Source: Collinsella sp. (GTDB taxonomy: Bacteria > Actinomycetota > Coriobacteriia > Coriobacteriales > Coriobacteriaceae). Taken from it: a stretch of 64,000 nt of DNA. Position numbers and translations under genes: made by a program. The stretch covers positions 106,822-170,821 of the forward strand of contig JAXJCG010000008.1 in the NCBI GenBank assembly GCA_036302525.1, in the 5' to 3' direction. Positions 1 to 7,853 of this stretch are shown here, piece after piece. Each line of letters begins with the position of its first letter. Position 1 is the first letter of the stretch. The notes below the pieces were generated by a model that worked only from the letters and a program-made list of their open reading frames with translations, was not told the DNA's origin and ran no database searches.

Positions 1-26
1 TCGTCGCCGGCAAACGATATACTCTA

Positions 27-1403
27 GTGCCAGAAGAGACCATCCCGTCGAAAGCGAAATCTGTGAAGTCCCTCACCTCTTTTGCAAAGCGCTCCGCCCA
101 GCTTGCCGCCGGCTTTACCTGCGCCATCGCCCTTGTTGCCGGCGTGCCTGCTGTTGCTGGCGCCCAAGTGCTCACGACCGACGACGTCTGCGGCAAGACC
201 GCCGACGTCCGCGGCATCACGACAGAAAACCTGCCCGATATCGAGGCAACTAATGCCCTTGTTATGGGCAAGGACGGCACCGTCTACTATGGACGCGGCG
301 CCGATGAACAGGTCAAGATTGCCTCGATCACCAAGGTCATGACCGCAATCCTAACCGTCGAGAATTGCAAGATGGACGAGAAGGTCACGGTGAGCAACGC
401 CGCAGCCACCGTGGGTAATTCGACCGCCGGCTTGCTCGAAGGCGACGAGCTTACCGTGGAGCAGGCACTACGCGGTCTGATGATTCCCTCGGGCAACGAC
501 GCCGCCATCGTGCTCGCCGAATATGTGGGCAAGAAGATCGACCCCAAGACCAAAGACGCCGAGGCCACATTTGTGAAGGCCATGAACGAGCGCGCTAAGA
601 AGCTCGGCTGTACCGGTACGCTTTTTGAAAACCCGCATGGTCTGGACTTTGATGAGTGGGCTGGCAATATGCACTCAACCGCACACGACGTAGCGCTGAT
701 GATGCAGGAGGCCATGAAAAACGACACGATCCGCGAGGTCGTAGCGAGCGAGGATTCCTGGATCGAGGTCACGGGCGCCGACGGCACCGACCATTCGCAT
801 TCCATGGACACGCATAACTATTTGCTGGGCCAAGATGGCAACATCGGCGGCAAGACCGGCACCACCGACGACGCGGGCTATTGCTTTACGAGCGCCTACA
901 ACCGCGACGGCGACGAGATCTACACCGTTATTTTGAACTCCACCACCACCGATCAGCGCTTTACCGATACCGCCACCCTTGCCAACTGGTACTACGGTCA
1001 CAAGGTGACGGTCGCAATCGCCAACACGCAAGAAAAGACCGCCAACGGCAACCCGCTTATGGCGCGCATTAGTCAAACCGACTGGACGGATAAGACAATC
1101 GACGCCACGCTCGCCGATCCCACGGCGCAAGCGACCGTGTTTTCTCTTGCCGGCGAGGTGACCGAAAAGGTTAGCTACGACGATCTTTCGGGCACGGTGC
1201 ATGTGGGCGACAAGGTGGGCAGCGTTACACTCAAGCAGGACGGCACCAAGATCGCCGTCATGGACCTGGTTGCCGACGAGGAAGGCGCAGGGCCGAATCC
1301 CATTGAATGGCTGCTCGTGAAGCTCGATCGCTTGGGCCGCCGCATCGACAACCGCCCGCTCACAGCCGAGAGCGAGACCGTAGCCAAGGCGCCCAAGGCG
1401 TAG
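27..1403 (+). CDS. D-alanyl-D-alanine carboxypeptidase (serine-type, peptidase S11 / low-MW PBP)
   Basis: 458-aa ORF with an N-terminal hydrophobic signal/anchor (LAAGFTCAIALVAGVPAVAGA). SxxK (SITK), SxN (SGND) and KTG (KTGTT) motifs occur in canonical order. Confidence 0.85.
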   Translation: MPEETIPSKAKSVKSLTSFAKRSAQLAAGFTCAIALVAGVPAVAGAQVLTTDDVCGKTADVRGITTENLPDIEATNALVMGKDGTVYYGRGADEQVKIASITKVMTAILTVENCKMDEKVTVSNAAATVGNSTAGLLEGDELTVEQALRGLMIPSGNDAAIVLAEYVGKKIDPKTKDAEATFVKAMNERAKKLGCTGTLFENPHGLDFDEWAGNMHSTAHDVALMMQEAMKNDTIREVVASEDSWIEVTGADGTDHSHSMDTHNYLLGQDGNIGGKTGTTDDAGYCFTSAYNRDGDEIYTVILNSTTTDQRFTDTATLANWYYGHKVTVAIANTQEKTANGNPLMARISQTDWTDKTIDATLADPTAQATVFSLAGEVTEKVSYDDLSGTVHVGDKVGSVTLKQDGTKIAVMDLVADEEGAGPNPIEWLLVKLDRLGRRIDNRPLTAESETVAKAPKA

Positions 1404-1432
1404 GGCCGGAGCGATATCACATCGAACCAAAT

Positions 1433-1460
1433 GAGGCGTCCAACGGGGCGCCTCAATTTT
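1433..1460 (+). terminator. rho-independent terminator after the carboxypeptidase gene
   Basis: GAGGCGTCC-AACG-GGGCGCCTC hairpin (one G:U pair) followed by AATTTT. Confidence 0.55.
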
Positions 1461-1493
1461 GAGGGTTCGAATCCCCAGCCTCCTTTCTCCGCA

Positions 1494-1520
1494 CAAAAAA
1501 GGGCCCCAAATGGGACCCTT
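1494..1520 (-). terminator. terminator downstream of tRNA-Ser
   Basis: Minus strand reads GGGTCCC-ATTT-GGGGCCC followed by TTTTTT. Confidence 0.5.
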
Positions 1521-1534
1521 CTTCAAATTCGTAC

Positions 1535-1625
1535 TGGCGGAGAGCTGGGGATTCGAACCCCAGATGCCCTTTTGGGGCATACTCGCTTAGCAGGCGAGCA
1601 CCTTCGGCCTCTCGGTCAGCTCTCC
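1535..1625 (-). tRNA. tRNA-Ser(GCU)
   Basis: Hand-folded 91 nt: acceptor GGAGAGC/GCTCTCC, anticodon arm CTCGC-CTGCTAA-GCGAG, long variable hairpin ATGCCC-CAAAA-GGGCAT, T arm CTGGGG-TTCGAAT-CCCCAG, encoded CCA. Confidence 0.9.
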
Positions 1626-1717
1626 GTAACAGCCGTTCTATAGTAACCAAACAGCCTAAGATGGGCAAGAGGAAATTTTCTAATTGCCTAGCATCCTTTC
1701 CTCATTGGAAGCTTCGC

Positions 1718-4159
1718 CTACCCCAGCGAGCGGTTGAGGGAGCCGAGCTCGTCGTTGCCCATGGTGCGCCACATTTGGAAGATGCAACCGCGTGCCAGGA
1801 AAAAGAAGCCGTTGTCGACCAGTTGAACAGCGGCATCTGCCAGCTGATTCGTCACGGCGGACACTGGCGGCAGCTCGAGTCCAGCCTTGCGAATGGTCTC
1901 GACCGCTTCCTCGAACGTCGGAGGCTCGCTGACGCCCATCTCGTTCATAAGGCCCTGCATTTCTTCCAGCGCGCTGCTGCCCGACTCCTCGCCACGTGGC
2001 ACCAGACGGTAACAAGCCAGCGCAAGGTCGAGCTGATCGCAATTCCAATAGGCAAACGCCAGGCGATAGAACAGGTAGCCGATTGCAGAGCGATCGCTGG
2101 CAATACGTAGGCCGTGGCGCGCCACCTCGATAATCTCGTCAAAGCGCTCCAGACGCGCAAGAACGTTGATGAGCGCAAAGTGCGATTGCATGGACGAGCG
2201 CGCCAGATCGTAAAGATGGCGCACCTCGGGCAGCGCTCGTTCAAAGTCCTCTTGCTCGACGTAAAAGCTGCAGATCTCGTGCTGGGCAAAGTACAGCGCA
2301 TCGGGCGCACGAAGGATTCGCACAGAGCGGTCTTCTTCCAACACCGGTAGCACCATGCGCACCAGCTGGTTATCGCAAAACTGCGTTTGAACCGGACCTG
2401 TCGCCAAAAGCTCGGCAACGGCGCACTTAGCCTCCAACTCCTCAACAAGACGGGAAAAGCCTTCAAAAGCACCTGTACGGTCGACTTTTGCCTGCTCGCG
2501 CAATTCAACAACACGGGCCACGTATGGGTCGTCGTCCTCTTCCATGACCTCCAACTCGTCAGCCGTATCGGCAAGCAGCAAATCGCGCAGCGCCGGCGGA
2601 AGCGTGCGATGGTCATCACGCGGACGAGCATGAACCTCCGCAGGTTCAATCGTCTCCGGAGCAGTTGACTCATACGCCTCAAGTACACGCTTGCACGGCA
2701 TATCGTCCATGTCCATGCTCTCAAGATCCTTGGCGACAGGCACGCAATCGGCCAGATAGGCCGCGCGCCCAAAGAAATACGTTGCGACAACGCGCTCGCC
2801 CTGCTCACTGTCGGGAGCAGCAATCTGCACATAGCAGCGCGTGATGCAGGTGCCCGCGGCAAAACACGCTGCCGCAAGCGTGAGTGCCACGCGCGCATCG
2901 TGCTCCGCGGCCCAGATCGCGCGCGTGTCCTCGTCCAGCTCGCGCCAGGCGTCATCCTGAGCGTCGTATTCACGTTGCGGCATGGCATCAACGACAGACT
3001 GCCCAAACCGAACGAGCATAATCCCCTCGGCAACGTTTGCCCGATAGGTATAGTCGAGCCGCGTGACCACGTTGAGCGCCTCAACGATTCGCGCAAAACG
3101 GGTGCGCACGTCCCACTCGCCGCCCGGCTGGCAAGCCACCGTACCCGGCTTGCCCCACGGGTTATCGCTCGAAGCCGTATCGAGCAGTCGGGGAACATCG
3201 TTGGTCGTCTTGGCGATATGCCACGCATCAAAGAGCGCGCAGCCCTCAAGGCTCGGCGAGGATGCCGCAGGGACCAATCCGGCCCCGATGCGCTCAAGGA
3301 TGCCGGAGAGGCGGTTGAGACGGCACTCGATGGCAAGCAGCATGTCAATCTCGTCCTGGTCCAACAGGCTACGATCAAAATTGAGATAGAAAATCTTTGA
3401 GCGATCAATGCGAGCCAGGCTCATCTCGGACTTGGCAGCGATGGTGCGCAGGCGGGGCAAGTCAATTTCGCTCATAAGGGCGGCGGCATAGCGCTCGATA
3501 CCGCTCGGATTCTCGGCATGGTCAACGCGGTAGAGCAGCGTCTCGATAGCATCGGGGAGCGGTGCCGTGTTAAAGCCCAAAAACACCTCGACCGGCTCGG
3601 TCAACTTTACGAGCTTGATCTTGTCGACAACATTTTGCATGTCCGCATCGAGACCGTCGACGCCCGCCGTGTTCGCAATAGCGCTTTCGGAGTTGGCAAA
3701 TATCACGTAGCGCAGGAACATCGATGCCATGAACTCGCCGTAAGGAAGGGAGCGGGCCGAATTCCATGTCTCGTGATCGGACTGCTCGCGCATGGGGCCT
3801 TCGGGAGAGCCGACGGTTCGCGCGCACGCGCGCATTGCACCGCTGGCTTCCCTTACCATAATCTCACCAATACTGGAATCCGACTCGTCAAGAACCAGTT
3901 CCATGTCGGGATCGTTGGACAGCGATACTTCGTTAACGGGACGGTCCACCTTATAGACCTCACCCGAAACGCTCACGTAGCCCAAAAGCGACACATGGCT
4001 TTTGCCGACGAATTCGACGGCATAGCATGATTCATGCGGGTCCTCGCCAAAGAGTTTCCAGACCACGCCATATGAGCGTCCCGCAGGCTGCTCGGGCATC
4101 ACCGGAAAGCGCTTCTTGGGATCGAGAAACCTGAGCTTGTATGTCGGACGCTCTGCCAC
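1718..4159 (-). CDS. hypothetical 813-aa protein with C-terminal TPR-like helical repeats
   Basis: Longest ORF at this locus; the overlapping ORFs look like frame shadows. The last ~200 aa have TPR-like periodicity (ALYFAQHEI..FERALPEV..LARLERFDEIIEVARHGL..YRLAFAYWNCDQLDLALACYRLV). I recognise no catalytic motif. Confidence 0.65.
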   Translation of the reverse strand: MAERPTYKLRFLDPKKRFPVMPEQPAGRSYGVVWKLFGEDPHESCYAVEFVGKSHVSLLGYVSVSGEVYKVDRPVNEVSLSNDPDMELVLDESDSSIGEIMVREASGAMRACARTVGSPEGPMREQSDHETWNSARSLPYGEFMASMFLRYVIFANSESAIANTAGVDGLDADMQNVVDKIKLVKLTEPVEVFLGFNTAPLPDAIETLLYRVDHAENPSGIERYAAALMSEIDLPRLRTIAAKSEMSLARIDRSKIFYLNFDRSLLDQDEIDMLLAIECRLNRLSGILERIGAGLVPAASSPSLEGCALFDAWHIAKTTNDVPRLLDTASSDNPWGKPGTVACQPGGEWDVRTRFARIVEALNVVTRLDYTYRANVAEGIMLVRFGQSVVDAMPQREYDAQDDAWRELDEDTRAIWAAEHDARVALTLAAACFAAGTCITRCYVQIAAPDSEQGERVVATYFFGRAAYLADCVPVAKDLESMDMDDMPCKRVLEAYESTAPETIEPAEVHARPRDDHRTLPPALRDLLLADTADELEVMEEDDDPYVARVVELREQAKVDRTGAFEGFSRLVEELEAKCAVAELLATGPVQTQFCDNQLVRMVLPVLEEDRSVRILRAPDALYFAQHEICSFYVEQEDFERALPEVRHLYDLARSSMQSHFALINVLARLERFDEIIEVARHGLRIASDRSAIGYLFYRLAFAYWNCDQLDLALACYRLVPRGEESGSSALEEMQGLMNEMGVSEPPTFEEAVETIRKAGLELPPVSAVTNQLADAAVQLVDNGFFFLARGCIFQMWRTMGNDELGSLNRSLG

Positions 4160-4345
4160 GAAGTATCACCCTGATCGGTCGTTGAGAGAAGGAGTGATCG
4201 CGGATGGGCCGCGACACCTACTCGGAATCTTACACGAGTCGACAGGAAATAGTCCGCTTTACGCCCGCGCCTCGACCGAGGTTCGAATCCATGCAGTGTT
4301 TACGTAAAAGAAAAGCCCCCGTTGCCGGAGGCTTTCAATTTCGGT

Positions 4346-4365
4346 TGGTGCGGCGTATAGGATTC
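4346..4365 (-). pseudogene. orphan copy of the last 20 nt of tRNA-Arg (GAATCCTATACGCCGCACCA), module 1
   Basis: Exact 20-nt identity to the tRNA-Arg 3' end. Sequence diverges immediately 5' of the T loop. Confidence 0.85.
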
Positions 4366-4535
4366 CGCGCATCCGCTGCGCGGATCCGCACCGGCTTCGC
4401 CCGCCTGCCGGCGTGCTCGCCCGCTCGCTACGGACGCTCCGCGTCCGCTTCACGCTCGCGCCTCGACCGAGGTTCGAATCCATGCAGTGCTTACGTAAAA
4501 GAAAAGCCCCCGTTGCCGGGAGCTTTAATCTCAAA

Positions 4536-4612
4536 TGGTGCGGCGTATAGGATTCGAACCTATGACGTTCTGATTCGTAGTCAGACCCTCTATCCAGCTG
4601 AGGTAACGCCGC
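4536..4612 (-). tRNA. tRNA-Arg(ACG), copy 1
   Basis: 77 nt: GCGGCGT/ACGCCGC acceptor, D arm CCTC..GAGG, anticodon arm TCTGA-CTACGAA-TCAGA, T arm ATAGG-TTCGAAT-CCTAT, encoded CCA. Confidence 0.92.
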
Positions 4613-4624
4613 GACTTGTTGATT

Positions 4625-4653
4625 ATTATGCACATCGACTGAATAAAGGTCAA
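4625..4653 (-). promoter_or_regulatory. sigma70-like promoter of tRNA-Arg copy 1
   Basis: Minus strand reads TTGACC - 17 nt - CATAAT, ending ~12 nt upstream of the mature 5' end. Confidence 0.5.
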
Positions 4654-4800
4654 GCATTTTTCGAAAAAAGTTATCAAATTTGATTTTTACTCATTTGATG
4701 CAGTCGATCGACTCGATACTTTCAAACACGGCGAAAGCAACTCCTCAAGTATGTCGACGATATATGAAAAGCCCCCGTTTCCGGAGGCTTAAAACTCAAT

Positions 4801-4820
4801 TGGTGCGGCGTATAGGATTC
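4801..4820 (-). pseudogene. orphan copy of the last 20 nt of tRNA-Arg, module 2
   Basis: Exact 20-nt identity to the tRNA 3' end. Confidence 0.85.
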
Positions 4821-4990
4821 CGCGCATCCGCTGCGCGGATCCGCACCGGCTTCGCCCGCCTGCCGGCGGACTCGCCCGCTCGCTAAAAACGCTTCGCGTT
4901 TTTTTGACGCTCGCGCCTCGAACGAGGTTCGAATCTCCGCAATGCCCCCGTAAAGGAAAAGCCCCCGTTGCCGGAGGCTTAAAACTCAGT

Positions 4991-5067
4991 TGGTGCGGCG
5001 TATAGGATTCGAACCTATGACGTTCTGATTCGTAGTCAGACCCTCTATCCAGCTGAGGTAACGCCGC
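4991..5067 (-). tRNA. tRNA-Arg(ACG), copy 2
   Basis: Identical over 77/77 nt to copy 1. Confidence 0.92.
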
Positions 5068-5079
5068 AACGCACGGATT

Positions 5080-5108
5080 ATTATGCACGTGACCCCTCGA
5101 TGGGTCAA
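5080..5108 (-). promoter_or_regulatory. sigma70-like promoter of tRNA-Arg copy 2
   Basis: Minus strand reads TTGACC - 17 nt - CATAAT. Confidence 0.5.
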
Positions 5109-5230
5109 GCGACAATTTGGAAAAATTTTACGAAGTGATGATTAAGATGCTCACGCCTCGACCGAGGTTCGAATCCATGCGGTGTTGCCATAAAAGAAAA
5201 GCCCCCGTTGCCGGAGGCTTTAAGTTCGAT

Positions 5231-5250
5231 TGGTGCGGCGTATAGGATTC
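5231..5250 (-). pseudogene. orphan copy of the last 20 nt of tRNA-Arg, module 3
   Basis: Exact 20-nt identity to the tRNA 3' end. Confidence 0.85.
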
Positions 5251-5420
5251 CGCGCATCCGCTTCGCGGATCCGCACCGGCTTCGCCCGCCTGCCGGCGGA
5301 CTCGCCCGCGGGCTGAAAACGCTCCGCGTTTTTTTGACGCCCGCGCCTCGACCGAGGTTCGAATCCGTGCGGTGCCGGCGTAAAAGAAAAGCCCCCGTTG
5401 CCGGAGGCTTCAAGTTCGAT

Positions 5421-5497
5421 TGGTGCGGCGTATAGGATTCGAACCTATGACGTTCTGATTCGTAGTCAGACCCTCTATCCAGCTGAGGTAACGCCGC
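5421..5497 (-). tRNA. tRNA-Arg(ACG), copy 3
   Basis: Identical over 77/77 nt to copies 1 and 2. Confidence 0.92.
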
Positions 5498-5509
5498 AGC
5501 GCAAGACAT

Positions 5510-5538
5510 ATAAAACCACTTTAGCTTATTGGAGTCAA
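5510..5538 (-). promoter_or_regulatory. candidate promoter of tRNA-Arg copy 3
   Basis: Minus strand reads TTGACT - 17 nt - TTTTAT. The -10 is weaker than in copies 1 and 2. Confidence 0.35.
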
Positions 5539-5739
5539 GCACAATCTCAAACTTTTTTGTGGAACGCAGTTTTGTCATGCTGCTCCGCATATACCGCTGT
5601 TCCCCGTACGATCGATTGGCTTTTCGATCACGTCGAACTTGGCATCAAGTTCCCTCAGGAGCGATCTCACCCGCTGGGCACAATCATAATCGGCAAACGA
5701 GATGCTCAGCATGCGCGCGACCTGGTTGGAAGTCCCAAC

Positions 5740-5952
5740 TCAATAGAAGTGCTCCAGCGCCACAAGTCCCTCGTGTGTCACAAAGGTCTCGACCACATGC
5801 GGCGACTCCTCAAAGCACCATTGTGTCAACGGACCCTCACTCGTCTGCCGAACCACCAGGCCGCCCATGCCAGACGGCTCACACGTTACAAGCAGGTACT
5901 CCCCGCCCTCGTCGCTCTCAAACAAAACCACCCGATCATCAAACAGCTCCAT
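5740..5952 (-). CDS. hypothetical small acidic protein (70 aa)
   Basis: ORF preceded by AAAGGGGG Shine-Dalgarno. No recognisable motif. Confidence 0.45.
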   Translation of the reverse strand: MELFDDRVVLFESDEGGEYLLVTCEPSGMGGLVVRQTSEGPLTQWCFEESPHVVETFVTHEGLVALEHFY

Positions 5953-6073
5953 CGCGCCCCCTTTCTCTCGCTCTTATTTAGCAAAAGCATAGCAGGTAGT
6001 TGGCTGTATACAGAACGTTTGTTCGTGTGTTTTCTATTGAGCTGTCCGCACGATATGGTAAGGCTTTGCGCAC

Positions 6074-6101
6074 AAAAAAGGCGCCCCGGAAAGGGGCGCC
6101 C
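6074..6101 (-). terminator. rho-independent terminator of serS
   Basis: Minus strand reads GGGCGCCCC-TTTCC-GGGGCGCC followed by TTTTTTG. Confidence 0.7.
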
Positions 6102-6125
6102 TCGCAAATCGCTTATGCAGGCAAC

Positions 6126-7409
6126 CTACGCGACCGGCTCAATCTTCTCGAGGCCACCCATGTAGGGACGAAGAGCCTCGGGGATCGTGATGGTGCCGTC
6201 GGCGTTCTGGTAGTTCTCCAGGATGGCGGCCATGGTGCGGCCAGCCGGCAGACCGGAACCGTTGAGGGTGTGCAGGTAGCGCGAGCCCTTGAAGTTCTCG
6301 GGGTCGCGATACTTGATGTTGGCGCGACGGGCCTGGAAGTCGCCGCAGTTGGAGCAGGAGCTGATCTCCTTGTAGGCGTTGTAGCTCGGCAGCCAGACCT
6401 CGATGTCGTAGGTCTGACGGGCAGAGAAGCCCAGGTCGCCGGTGCACAGGCTAATCACGCGATACGGAAGGCCCAGCTGCTGAAGCAGGTACTCGGCCTC
6501 GGCGGTCATGCTCTCAAGCTCCTCGTCGGACTCCTCCGGCTTGGCAAACTTGACCATCTCGACCTTGTCGAACTCGTGCTGGCGAATGATGCCGCGGGTG
6601 TCGCGACCAGCGGAGCCGGCCTCCTCGCGGAAGCAGGGGGTGAAGGCGGTGTAGCGACGCGGCAGGGTATCAGCATCGAGAACCTCGCCGGCGTGCAGGT
6701 TGGTAAGCACGACCTCGGCGGTGGGGATCAGGAAGTTATCACCCGAGACGTGATAGGCATCGTCCTCGAACTTGGGCAGCTGGCCCGTGCCAAACATGGT
6801 CTGACGCTTGACGACGATGGGCGGCCACCACTCCTTAAAGCCACGGCTGGTGTGCGTGTCGAGGAAGAAGTTGATGAGGGCGCGCTCCAGACGGGCGCCG
6901 GCGCCACCGAGAACGGTGAAGCGGCTGCCGGAGAGCTTGTTGCCGCGCTCGAAGTCGAGGATGTCGAGGTCGGTGCCCAGATCCCAGTGCGGCTTAAAGT
7001 CGAAGTCGAACTCGCGCGGGGTGCCCCAACGACGGCGCTCGATGTTCTCGTCCTCGTCCTTGCCGTACGGCGTGGCCTCGCAAGGGATGTTGGGCAGGTG
7101 AGCCATGAAGTCGTACTGCTCCTGCTCAAGAGCGGTGCGGCGCTCGGCCAGACCGTCAATCTTCTCGTTGACGGCGCGCACGGCCTCCTTGGCGGCCTCG
7201 GCCTCGTCCTTCTTGCCCTCCTTCATCAGGGCGCCGATCTTCTTGGACTCGGCATTACGCGTTGCCTGGAGCTCCTCGACCTCGGTGATGACGGCACGGC
7301 GCTCGTCGTCGAGCTCAAAGAACTTCTCGCGGTCCCAAGACGTCTGGCGGTTAGCCATGGCGGTATCGATGGCATCGGGGTTCTCGCGAACAAACTTGAT
7401 ATCAAGCAT
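6126..7409 (-). CDS. serS: serine--tRNA ligase
   Basis: Canonical N-terminus [12 protein letters not shown] with coiled-coil arm, and class II core ([27 protein letters not shown]). Start moved to M10 because GGAGGA lies 6 nt upstream. Confidence 0.93.
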   Translation of the reverse strand: MLDIKFVRENPDAIDTAMANRQTSWDREKFFELDDERRAVITEVEELQATRNAESKKIGALMKEGKKDEAEAAKEAVRAVNEKIDGLAERRTALEQEQYDFMAHLPNIPCEATPYGKDEDENIERRRWGTPREFDFDFKPHWDLGTDLDILDFERGNKLSGSRFTVLGGAGARLERALINFFLDTHTSRGFKEWWPPIVVKRQTMFGTGQLPKFEDDAYHVSGDNFLIPTAEVVLTNLHAGEVLDADTLPRRYTAFTPCFREEAGSAGRDTRGIIRQHEFDKVEMVKFAKPEESDEELESMTAEAEYLLQQLGLPYRVISLCTGDLGFSARQTYDIEVWLPSYNAYKEISSCSNCGDFQARRANIKYRDPENFKGSRYLHTLNGSGLPAGRTMAAILENYQNADGTITIPEALRPYMGGLEKIEPVA

Positions 7410-7520
7410 TAGATCCTCCGGCAATATACATTCCATTTAGGTTGCAACCTTGTACATGTATGGGCAAGTATATACTTATGAGCGTTTACGACCCAACTCA
7501 ACTACGCAAGAAGGCACCCA

Positions 7521-7694
7521 ATGGACGCAGTTTTTTCCTTTTTGTTTGGCACCCGCACCGGTTTTGCCATCCTTTTCGCCGGCGGCATCCTACTGTTTGC
7601 GATTCTTGCCTTTGTAATGGAGAAGCGCACCCATAAGCTCTACGTCGACCGCGGACCCAAATCCGAGGACGATCAAGACGGCTTCTGGGACTAA
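7521..7694 (+). CDS. hypothetical small membrane protein (57 aa)
   Basis: ORF is below the track cutoff. AAGAAGG lies upstream, there is one hydrophobic helix (GFAILFAGGILLFAILAFV), and a strong terminator follows. Confidence 0.4.
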   Translation: MDAVFSFLFGTRTGFAILFAGGILLFAILAFVMEKRTHKLYVDRGPKSEDDQDGFWD

Positions 7695-7731
7695 CCTGCC
7701 AAAAAGGGACCGGTTTATTTTGGTCGGTTTT
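7694..7731. repeat. REP-like palindromic element, degenerate copy (inverted orientation)
   Basis: AACCTGCCAAAAAGGGACCGGTTTATTTTGGTCGGTTTT closely matches the reverse complement of the 56888-56927 element. Confidence 0.6.
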
Positions 7732-7747
7732 ATCTGAGCAAACGCAA

Positions 7748-7790
7748 GCGCCCCGCAACTGGAATTGAGCCAGTTGCGGGGCGCTTTTCG
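7748..7790 (+). terminator. rho-independent terminator
   Basis: GCGCCCCGCAACTGG-AATTGAGC-CAGTTGCGGGGCGC followed by TTTTCG. Confidence 0.7.
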
Positions 7791-7814
7791 CACATGCGAA
7801 AAAACCGCAGGAAA

Positions 7815-7853
7815 AAACCTGCCAAAATAAACCTGTCCCTAAATGGCAGGTTT
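7815..7853 (-). repeat. REP-like palindromic element acting as the proC terminator
   Basis: AAACCTGCCAAAATAAACCTGTCCCTAAATGGCAGGTTT. On the minus strand the hairpin is followed by TTTTTTCC, directly after the proC stop. Confidence 0.6.

Larger units (their letters stand above)
4263..5497. repeat. tRNA-Arg cassette array: 3 x [tRNA - terminator - A box - GC-rich structured segment - 20-nt tRNA 3' end copy - terminator - A box]
   Basis: Direct alignment by eye. There are six copies of AAAAGAAAAGCCCCCGTTGCCGGAGGCTT, five of CGCGCCTCGACCGAGGTTCGAATCC.., and six of TGGTGCGGCGTATAGGATTC (three inside full tRNAs, three orphan). Confidence 0.9.

Noticed and set aside
1461-1493. Possible additional plus-strand tRNA gene (GGTTCGAATCC T-loop)
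   Set aside because: Only the T arm and part of the acceptor 3' strand are present. There are no D or anticodon arms and no 5' acceptor strand. It is reported as an orphan fragment instead.
4267-4298. A boxes (CGCGCCTCGACCGAGGTTCGAATCCATGCAGTG, 5 copies) as 3' halves of plus-strand tRNA genes
   Set aside because: The T stem would contain a conserved A mismatch, and no complementary acceptor 5' strand or anticodon arm can be found in the upstream E segment.
4204-5590. Several 68-161-aa ORFs on both strands across the tRNA-Arg array
   Set aside because: They read straight through tRNA genes, terminators and repeats. The repeated peptide segments simply mirror the DNA repeats.
5575-5712. 45-aa ORF downstream of the 70-aa gene (MLSISFADYDCAQRVRSLLRELDAKF...)
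   Set aside because: It has no convincing SD or motif and is below any length where composition helps. It is left unannotated.
6000-7412. 470-aa ORF on the plus strand
   Set aside because: It is antisense to serS and has no motifs, only a Gly/Ala/Val/Leu-rich shadow.
7410-7520. T-box leader upstream of serS
   Set aside because: The upstream spacer is only ~110 nt and lacks the GGUGGUACCGCG motif.
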